A DNA stretch of 45,439 nucleotides from Minisyncoccota bacterium (GTDB lineage Bacteria > Patescibacteriota > Minisyncoccia > Phycocordibacterales > GCA-2401445), in the NCBI GenBank assembly GCA_040879725.1, contig JBBDJV010000001.1, positions 1-45,439 of the forward strand. Reading direction: 5' to 3'. A model generated the notes under the pieces. It worked only from the letters and a program-made list of their open reading frames with translations. It ran no database searches and was not told the DNA's origin. Shown here piece after piece: positions 30,509 to 37,728 of the stretch. Each line of letters opens with the position of its first letter. The first letter of the stretch is position 1. The position numbers and the translations under genes were made by a program.

Positions 30509-30786
30509 TTATAAAGAGTGGGGTATAGTGTATATAGAGCATCCTGCTCTTGGAAATAGAGTAAACCCTCAAAGAAAGGTGAGTATGTCTACATTCCTTA
30601 ATTCAGTTAATTCTCGTCATTTCGAAACAAACGTAACTTTCTGAAAGGGGGTGATCACTTTTCTCTCCATATGTCAGAGAGCGTATCGTGTATTTGCTCT
30701 CAGTTCCTCTAATCCAGGTATAGCGCTGTGGAGTATCGCAGTATTGGTTTGCGCGATAACCAAAAATACTGTGCGAATTGAAAATG

Positions 30787-30817
30787 AGGGCGGGCTCTTT
30801 CGAGCCCGCCTTTTTTC
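30787..30817 (+). terminator. intrinsic terminator
   Basis: GGCGGGCTC-TTTC-GAGCCCGCC-TTTTTT. Confidence 0.8.
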
Positions 30818-30859
30818 TTGTATACTCAGATCAGAATCAGATTTAGGGAAAGGAAAAAT

Positions 30860-31480
30860 ATGACTAAAGCAAAGATTTCGTTCTCTAAGATGCGTAAGTG
30901 CTTAAAAGCACTTGCTACACTACTGGATGAGTGTGATGTATTGTGTGAGGGTTGCCATAATCTGGTATCAGATGATGAGGTGCTCAAGAAACTGAGCTTC
31001 AAGCAGTGTTGCCGACTCTTCCGAGAAATACCGGATAATGAAATGCGTTTGATGTTTATAATGAAAGCGCTTTCATTGAAAACAGAGGTGTGGAGTGGTG
31101 AGGAAAAAAAATACCTCTTTAGATTAGCGAAAAAATATGGCGTTAATCTGAAGGAAGTTGTATCCCAAGCGCCTTCGGGCGCTTTTTTCTATTTTACGTT
31201 GACGAAGTACAGGTGCTTTGATAGTGTTCTCAGTAGATGGAGCCTGTTGCTCCAAATCAAGTGCAAAAGGACGGGTTGGCGCGCTGCAATGTTTCCTCGG
31301 GCCAGTTTCTCGGCCACACAACAAACTAACAACATTGTACAACCGTCCTCACGGAAAACAGGGGTAGGTGGGATACGTGTGAGATCAAGGACTTGTTTCC
31401 TTCGATTTCCCTATCAACTACTTGCCCCTGTTTTTTTCTGCCTATCTTTTTCTAAAAAATCCTTATCTAGTGTTTTTTGA
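30860..31480 (+). CDS. hypothetical Cys-rich protein; 3' half probably spurious read-through
   Basis: AAGGA SD before ATG 30860; internal terminator at 31167-31188. Confidence 0.45.
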   Translation: MTKAKISFSKMRKCLKALATLLDECDVLCEGCHNLVSDDEVLKKLSFKQCCRLFREIPDNEMRLMFIMKALSLKTEVWSGEEKKYLFRLAKKYGVNLKEVVSQAPSGAFFYFTLTKYRCFDSVLSRWSLLLQIKCKRTGWRAAMFPRASFSATQQTNNIVQPSSRKTGVGGIRVRSRTCFLRFPYQLLAPVFFCLSFSKKSLSSVF

Positions 31481-31964
31481 CAAGGAGAGTATTGTGTTGC
31501 TAGTATAGCTATGTGCACACAACTAGTGCTTGCAGGAAACTCGCATTACGTGCACAGGTGGAGAGGATGCGCTTTCAATATTTGCGCAATAATTAGTCCT
31601 CTCCACCTTTTTGTTGACAGTGTATAGTGCTCTGGTGTATAAAAGTTATTGGTTGTCCTTGTGGTCAAGGACATGATGTCCCTGTTTCGGCTTTAACACT
31701 CACGAAAGGAGTGCAATGAGGATTCGAGGTCCGCCTTGAACAAGACAGGTAGAGAAAGTACATACAACCTAACGATTGTAAACCACCTTTCTCTACCTGT
31801 TTTTTTATTGACGTACAAAAAGGAGGAGGGTAAACTTATTAGTAGTGGTGATACTTTACTGCGCATGCATGTTGGTAGGATTAGACACCCTTATGACTTG
31901 GTTTGCGGTGCGCAGATAGGGAGGTAGGGCGGAGCAGTCGAAGACTGCTCCGCCCTTTATTTTT
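31199..31964 (+). ncRNA. four tandem promoter-to-terminator small RNA units (putative)
   Basis: TTGAC(A/G) at 31199, 31477, 31614, 31808 with 17-18 bp spaced -10 boxes; long hairpins + U tracts ending 31437, 31612, 31806, 31964. Confidence 0.55.
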
Positions 31965-32006
31965 GTATTTTTTCTTATACCGCTGGTATTTGCTATACTA
32001 CTGTGT

Positions 32007-33074
32007 ATGACAAAGACGAGCACACAAGACCATATTGCATTTTATAGAAAATATCGACCAGCACACTTTGATGAAGTAATAGGACAAGAACACATCGTTT
32101 CTGTTTTAAAAGAATCAGTTGCACGTAAGTCAGTTGGGCATGCGTACTTGTTTGCTGGTTCACGAGGTACAGGGAAAACCAGTGTTGCTCGCATACTCGC
32201 CAAAGAGCTTTTGACCGACGCAAATGATATTTATGAAATAGACGCTGCTTCAAACCGTGGTATTGATGATGTTCGTGCACTTCGTGAGGCGGTAACATCG
32301 CTTCCTTTTTTCTCACAGTTTAAAGTCTATATTGTAGACGAGGTGCACATGCTTACTAAAGAAGCATTTAATGCACTGCTTAAAACTCTCGAAGAGCCTC
32401 CCAAACACGCAATTTTTATTCTTGCTACAACAGAGATAGATAAACTTCCGCAGACTGTTGTGTCACGGTGTCAGACCTTTACGTTTAAAAAACCCACCCG
32501 CTCTGAGCTAGTAGAGGTAGTAAAGTCAGTAGGGAAAAAAGAAGGGTATAGTGTGGAGGAGTCTGCAGCGGAGCTTATCGCAATCCTTGGAAACGGAGCA
32601 TTCAGAGATACGCATGGAGTACTTGAGCAGGTTGTGTCAGGAGTTTCAACGAAAACCATCACCGTTCTTGATGTAGAGCGAATTACCGGAGCTCCGAAGG
32701 GAGAGCTTGTGAATGATATTGTCGGCTCCATTGCAAATCGTGTGATTGAAAATGGTTTGAACGCAATACGAAAAGCAGGAAAACAAAATATCGATATGAC
32801 ACTCCTTACGAAGCTCGTAACAGAGAAAGTGCGCGCGGTTCTTCTGTTGCGTATAGCACCGAATATGCGAGAAGATATTCTGTCAGACTACACACCGGAA
32901 GATGGAAAATTTCTTTCAAATTTGGCAGAATCAGGAAAGGAAATAAACTCAAAAACGCTTCTTGCTTTGCTCGAGGTGCATGATTTTCTCGGAAAGGGAG
33001 ATGTTCCGGAATTACCACTAGAACTTGCACTCGTGAAGATTTTAGAGCAAAATGAGAAGCCAGAGAAGAAGTGA
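32007..33074 (+). CDS. dnaX: DNA polymerase III subunit gamma/tau
   Basis: YRKYRP, GSRGTGKTS, EIDAASNRGID, DEVHML, LLKTLEEPP, SRC. Confidence 0.96.
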   Translation: MTKTSTQDHIAFYRKYRPAHFDEVIGQEHIVSVLKESVARKSVGHAYLFAGSRGTGKTSVARILAKELLTDANDIYEIDAASNRGIDDVRALREAVTSLPFFSQFKVYIVDEVHMLTKEAFNALLKTLEEPPKHAIFILATTEIDKLPQTVVSRCQTFTFKKPTRSELVEVVKSVGKKEGYSVEESAAELIAILGNGAFRDTHGVLEQVVSGVSTKTITVLDVERITGAPKGELVNDIVGSIANRVIENGLNAIRKAGKQNIDMTLLTKLVTEKVRAVLLLRIAPNMREDILSDYTPEDGKFLSNLAESGKEINSKTLLALLEVHDFLGKGDVPELPLELALVKILEQNEKPEKK

Positions 33075-33156
33075 GTATAAATTAGTGTATAAAAGAAGAG
33101 TTGTGACCGAGTCCCTGACTCGAACACAATAGAAGTAAATGGTAGAATGCTGTCAT

Positions 33157-33227
33157 TGCCCGATCGTCTAATGGTAGGACGCTTGGTTTTGGTCCAAGTA
33201 ATTGGGGTTCGAGTCCCTGTCGGGCAG
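33157..33227 (+). tRNA. tRNA-Gln(TTG)
   Basis: TGCCCGATCGTCTAATGGTAGGACGCTTGGTTTTGGTCCAAG...GGTTCGAGTCCCTGTCGGGCAG; U1-A72, G73. Confidence 0.95.
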
Positions 33228-33464
33228 CATAAAAATAAAGAGCCGGATGTGATAACATTCGGCAATTTTATTTTTACCTGACCGCAGGGACGAGAAAGGC
33301 GGAGTCGGTACCTGCCTACCGGCAGGCAGGTACAAGACGAGCACTTCAGTGCGAGTGCTTGTCGGCGAGCCGGGGTCGAGAGTACTTTGTTTTTTTTATG
33401 ATCTTGAGCTTGTCGAAAGAGAAATAAAAAACTTAGTAACTCGTGACCGAGTCCCTGTCGGGCA
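33228..33464 (+). repeat. tRNA-Gln-associated structured module
   Basis: Degenerate antisense copy CTGACCGCAGGGACGAGAA, scaffold AGGCGGAGTC...ACTTAGTAACTCGTGACC, sense copy 33448-33464, palindrome 33311-33330. Confidence 0.8.
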
Positions 33465-33651
33465 AGCAGTTATGTGAGATAGATTTAGACGCCTAAATCA
33501 GTCATCTTTTTCAACATATTTTTTGGACGAGTTACGGACGCGAACCTTTTTAAGGGTGTCCTAGACGGGTTGAGAATTGATGCAATGTTCATATGGAGTA
33601 AATTCTAAGAAAAAATTAATGAGCTATATGGATTGAATTCAAGGCTGGGTC

Positions 33652-33680
33652 TTGTATTAAGCCAAAAATTGTGTTATAGT
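33652..33680 (+). promoter_or_regulatory. sigma70-like promoter for D,D-dipeptidase gene
   Basis: TTGTAT-17 bp-TATAGT with TG extension. Confidence 0.55.
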
Positions 33681-33752
33681 CGCACTGGAGAAAAAACCAT
33701 GGTGGGTTTCTCAAAACAATTCATTCACACTCTAAACTGAAAGAGGTGTATC

Positions 33753-34535
33753 ATGTTGGAATATCTCAAGATGCAGTATCTGCGGTATGTGACTCTGAGT
33801 GCCTATCGTTCGGGAGATTGGCGTACAATCGCTGTCCAGGATTGTGGGCAAAAATTAGTCCAGATTCCAGAAGATATGGCATTTCCATTTTATGCTCGGG
33901 TGATGCATCTAGTTTCAGATGAACGGATGCTTCTGAGAGAGGAAGTGCTTGAAAAAGTTTTTCTAGCGCGTGAATCAATCAAAAAAATCGGCCTTGATCT
34001 TGTGGTCTATGACGGCTGGCGATCGGTTGAGTTGCAAGAAAACCTCTTCTGGTTTTACATGAGGGCGTTTACGGCTGCCAGATTCAACAAAAAGGAGGAG
34101 TTCGAGAAACTCAAAGATTCCAGTGAAATCAAAGCTTTTTTCGAGAGTTTGTCGCCCGAAACACAATCGGTATTGCGAGAAGCGAATCGGACGTATGTAA
34201 GTTGGCCATCAAAAGACCCGAAAGCACCCAGTCCTCACGCTACAGGTGGAGCTGTTGATGTTTGGCTTATTCAAAATGGCAAAGAGGCAAATCTCGGTGT
34301 GCCCTTTGACTGGATGGAAGAGGAGGCAGGAGCTTTCTATCATCTGAAGCTTCGCAGGAAGCGTCTTGCTGGTAATGATCGGAAAGTGTCCAAGAATCGC
34401 ACAAAAATGATTCTAGCTATGGCAGACGTTGGTTTCAGTTGCTATGGTCCAGAGTTTTGGCACTTCAACTACGGCAACCAGATGGACGCTTTAGTTAAAG
34501 GGGGTGCTGCCAAATACTCATATATCGAGCCATAA
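33753..34535 (+). CDS. VanX/DdpX-like D-alanyl-D-alanine dipeptidase (M15D)
   Basis: YDGWRS, SPHATGGAVD (SxHxxGxAxD), EFWHF zinc/catalytic motifs; no signal peptide. Confidence 0.88.
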   Translation: MLEYLKMQYLRYVTLSAYRSGDWRTIAVQDCGQKLVQIPEDMAFPFYARVMHLVSDERMLLREEVLEKVFLARESIKKIGLDLVVYDGWRSVELQENLFWFYMRAFTAARFNKKEEFEKLKDSSEIKAFFESLSPETQSVLREANRTYVSWPSKDPKAPSPHATGGAVDVWLIQNGKEANLGVPFDWMEEEAGAFYHLKLRRKRLAGNDRKVSKNRTKMILAMADVGFSCYGPEFWHFNYGNQMDALVKGGAAKYSYIEP

Positions 34536-34555
34536 CGTTGGCTTAAAGACAAAAT

Positions 34556-34589
34556 AAGAGGCGGACACAAATTTGTGTTCGCCTTTTTC
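34556..34589 (+). terminator. intrinsic terminator
   Basis: AGGCGGACAC-AAATTT-GTGTTCGCCT-TTTT. Confidence 0.7.
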
Positions 34590-34645
34590 TTTAGGTATAT
34601 ATTTTGAAATAGTCAATCAATCCGTAATCTGCTAAAATGAAGTGA

Positions 34646-35746
34646 ATGAATAATTCCAAAAGAATCAATGTTGCCCTATTATGTGGTGGAAAGTCAGGAG
34701 AACATGAAGTTTCCCTTTTGTCAGCACGCAATGTGTACGATTCACTAGATAAGACTAAATATAATGTAGTAATTGTCGGCATAGACAAAATGGGGCGATG
34801 GTTCCCTATATCGGAGAACTCTCTCATTGAAAAAAGTGGGGGTATGAATGAAATTGCTTCTGATAAAGGTGTTACTTCTGTTTCTATTATTCCATCAAGT
34901 GCCGATCTTCAATTCTCGGATATGGGGAATGGGCATACCCCATTCGATGTTGTTATCCCTATTCTTCATGGACCCTACGGTGAAGACGGTTCGGTACAAG
35001 GGTTACTAAAATTGGCCAATATTCCATATGTCGGTGCGGGTGTGCTGGGTAGCGCTGTTGGAATGGATAAAGATGTAATGAAACGACTATTACGCGATGC
35101 AGGCTTGCCAATTGGTAAATTTGTGACGTTATACAAACACAGAAAATCTCTCTCCTATGTACGAATTACAAAGAAATTAGGTTCGCCAATTTTTATTAAA
35201 CCTGCTAATCTAGGATCTTCTGTTGGTGTGTCACGTGTAGATACAAAAAAGGAGTACGAGAAGGCTGTAGCAGAAGCTTTTAAGTATGACACTAAGATAA
35301 TTATAGAGGAATATATAGATGGTAGAGAAATAGAGTGTGCAATACTTGGAAATGAGGAGCCTGTGGCATCAATTCCGGGAGAAATTGCTACGAACAAATC
35401 GCATCATGCTTTCTACTCATATGAAGCAAAATATTTAGATGAGCAAGGTGCAGACTTGATTATTCCCGCTTCGCTAACAAAAAAACAAACGCGAGCCGTG
35501 CAAGATTTGGCGGTTAAAGTATTTACCACATTGTGTTGTGAGGGTATGGCAAGAGTTGATTTTTTCTTCAGAGAAAATAGTACATTTGTCGTTAATGAAA
35601 TAAATACCATTCCGGGCTTTACCTCAATGAGCATGTATCCAAAACTATGGGAAGCAAGTGGAATTTCAAATGAAAAATTAATTGACACCCTGATTCAGTT
35701 GGCCATTAAAAGATTTAAGGTGGAACAAAAACTGGTAACAAAGTAA
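34646..35746 (+). CDS. ddl: D-alanine--D-alanine ligase (DdlA type)
   Basis: GGKSGEHEVS, LHGPYGEDG, KPANLGSSVG, FYSYEAKY, NEINTIPGFT. Confidence 0.93.
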   Translation: MNNSKRINVALLCGGKSGEHEVSLLSARNVYDSLDKTKYNVVIVGIDKMGRWFPISENSLIEKSGGMNEIASDKGVTSVSIIPSSADLQFSDMGNGHTPFDVVIPILHGPYGEDGSVQGLLKLANIPYVGAGVLGSAVGMDKDVMKRLLRDAGLPIGKFVTLYKHRKSLSYVRITKKLGSPIFIKPANLGSSVGVSRVDTKKEYEKAVAEAFKYDTKIIIEEYIDGREIECAILGNEEPVASIPGEIATNKSHHAFYSYEAKYLDEQGADLIIPASLTKKQTRAVQDLAVKVFTTLCCEGMARVDFFFRENSTFVVNEINTIPGFTSMSMYPKLWEASGISNEKLIDTLIQLAIKRFKVEQKLVTK

Positions 35747-35748
35747 CT

Positions 35749-37011
35749 ATGAATCCTCATGAAGATAATTTCTATAATCTGCTAAAACTGGTAGATAAAC
35801 ACGATGCATGGATGGATGAGACAATTAATTTGATTGCAAGTGAAAATAGGATAAGTCCTTCAATCAATAAGGTATTATCTTCCGACTTTGGAAACCGAGT
35901 TGCTGAAGGTTGGATTGGTAAACGTGTCTTTCCGGGTATCAAATACTACGATGAAATAGAACAGTATGGTATGGAATTAGTACGGATTATGTTCCGAGCT
36001 GATTTTGCAGATATTCGTCCCATTGGTGGTACGATGGCAAACATGATTGTTTACAGTGCGTTTACAAAACCGGGTGATACTATTGTATCTTTAAGTATAT
36101 CGTCAGGTGCTCATATTAGTATGTCGGGTGCTGTGCCGCGTAAAGTATTTGGGTTGAATGTAGTAGAGTTGCTGTTTAACCAAACAAGTCTCTCTATTAA
36201 ATTAGAGGAATCTATAAAAATTATCGAGGAAACCAAACCTAAGATACTAGTCTTGGGTGGTTCTGTTATATTATTCCCTCAGCCAGTTAAAGAACTGACT
36301 GAGGTTTGTAAAAGAGTCGGTACGATTGTGTTGTTTGATGCAGCACATGTTGCCGGTCTCATTGCTGCCGGGGAATATCCTAACCCATTTGATGATGGGG
36401 TTGATATTATGACAATGACCGTATGTAAAACCATACCTGGACCACAACATGCGTTTATCCTTTCTCGTGATGCATTCTCGGAATCAATTAAACGAACCAC
36501 TTTCCCTGGATTTCTGTCTGGACATCATTTACATGAGACGGTTGCGAGTGTGCTTGTAATGGAGGAAATGAAAAAATTTGGTAAGGATTATGCAAAACAA
36601 GTTTTGATAAATGCAAAGACATTAGCACAGTCTTTGTCTGAGTATGGATTCAATGTGTTGGCTAAAGATAAAGGTTTTACTGAAACGCATATGTTTCTTT
36701 TGGATGTGTCAGACATTATTCTAGCTACCGAAGCGGAACAGATGCTGGAGAAGGTGAACATTATCGTCAATAGAAACATGTTGCCTATAGACACTTCTTT
36801 CCAAAACCCAAGTGGATTGAGGGTTGGTACACCTGAAATGACAAAAATAGGAATGAAAGAAAGCGATATGAAGCAAATCGCGAGCTTCTTTAAACGCATC
36901 CTGATTGATAAAGAAAACGTACAGCAAGTCAAGAAAGATGTGATTTCTTTTAGAAAAGCATTCAATCAAGTGCATTTTTGTTTTGACGAAGCCGAAAAAA
37001 ATAAAATTTAA
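35749..37011 (+). CDS. SHMT-like PLP-dependent enzyme (divergent)
   Basis: NLIASEN, GAHIS, DAAHVAGL, TVCKTIPGPQ, NRNMLP, SGLRVGT. Confidence 0.85.
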   Translation: MNPHEDNFYNLLKLVDKHDAWMDETINLIASENRISPSINKVLSSDFGNRVAEGWIGKRVFPGIKYYDEIEQYGMELVRIMFRADFADIRPIGGTMANMIVYSAFTKPGDTIVSLSISSGAHISMSGAVPRKVFGLNVVELLFNQTSLSIKLEESIKIIEETKPKILVLGGSVILFPQPVKELTEVCKRVGTIVLFDAAHVAGLIAAGEYPNPFDDGVDIMTMTVCKTIPGPQHAFILSRDAFSESIKRTTFPGFLSGHHLHETVASVLVMEEMKKFGKDYAKQVLINAKTLAQSLSEYGFNVLAKDKGFTETHMFLLDVSDIILATEAEQMLEKVNIIVNRNMLPIDTSFQNPSGLRVGTPEMTKIGMKESDMKQIASFFKRILIDKENVQQVKKDVISFRKAFNQVHFCFDEAEKNKI

Positions 37012-37013
37012 GA

Positions 37014-37727
37014 ATGGAAAAATACAAAGACACTTTTTTTGTTGATAAATATGTCGCATTATGGGCATATGGTTACCGAAACGGTATTGGTGTGTCTGAA
37101 GGGCTTTATCGAACTATAAATGATCTTGGTTTCGGCTATTTTAATCAGTATGAAAAGTATAAAATTCTTGACATAGGTTGTGGTGTTGGAAGAACAGCTT
37201 CAGATTATGCTCGATTTTTCAAGAATTCAGAAGTAACTGGTATTGATCCAGCATCTCTTATGATCGACATGGCGAAAAAGATTAACGGAACCGATCAAAC
37301 AATAAGTATTGATATGAGGCGAGTTGGGTTGGGAGTGATGGATATCCAGTGCTATCAAGTAAAAAATCTTTGTTTTGAGGAAGTAGATTTGCTTGGTTTC
37401 AGTCAAAGAATGCCCCTCGAAACTTTTGACTTGGTTACTGCGGTGAATGTGATAGACAGAGCTGAAGATGTGAATATGCTATTTTCAATAGTATTTAAGA
37501 TACTTAGACCAGCAGGTGTTTTTATTTTATCCACTCCTTTAAATTTTTCAGAAGATCAACAGTGGACAGATTTTAATTCAATGGAGTCTCTCGTGCAATT
37601 AGCAGAAAAAGCTGGCTTCGCTGTTGATATACAATTTGATCAGCTGATGTACAAGGAACTTCTTGACGCACGAGGAGCAACCGAAGAATATCCGACTGTT
37701 GTTATGCGTATAATAAAGAAAATATAA
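37014..37727 (+). CDS. class I SAM-dependent methyltransferase
   Basis: ILDIGCGVG, GID, FDLV.AVNVIDR, LRPAG. Confidence 0.88.
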   Translation: MEKYKDTFFVDKYVALWAYGYRNGIGVSEGLYRTINDLGFGYFNQYEKYKILDIGCGVGRTASDYARFFKNSEVTGIDPASLMIDMAKKINGTDQTISIDMRRVGLGVMDIQCYQVKNLCFEEVDLLGFSQRMPLETFDLVTAVNVIDRAEDVNMLFSIVFKILRPAGVFILSTPLNFSEDQQWTDFNSMESLVQLAEKAGFAVDIQFDQLMYKELLDARGATEEYPTVVMRIIKKI

Positions 37728-37728
37728 A

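Noticed and set aside
31840-31964. SRP RNA (ffs) upstream of dnaX
   Set aside because: Lacks the conserved CAGG..GGAA..AGCAG helix-8 motif.
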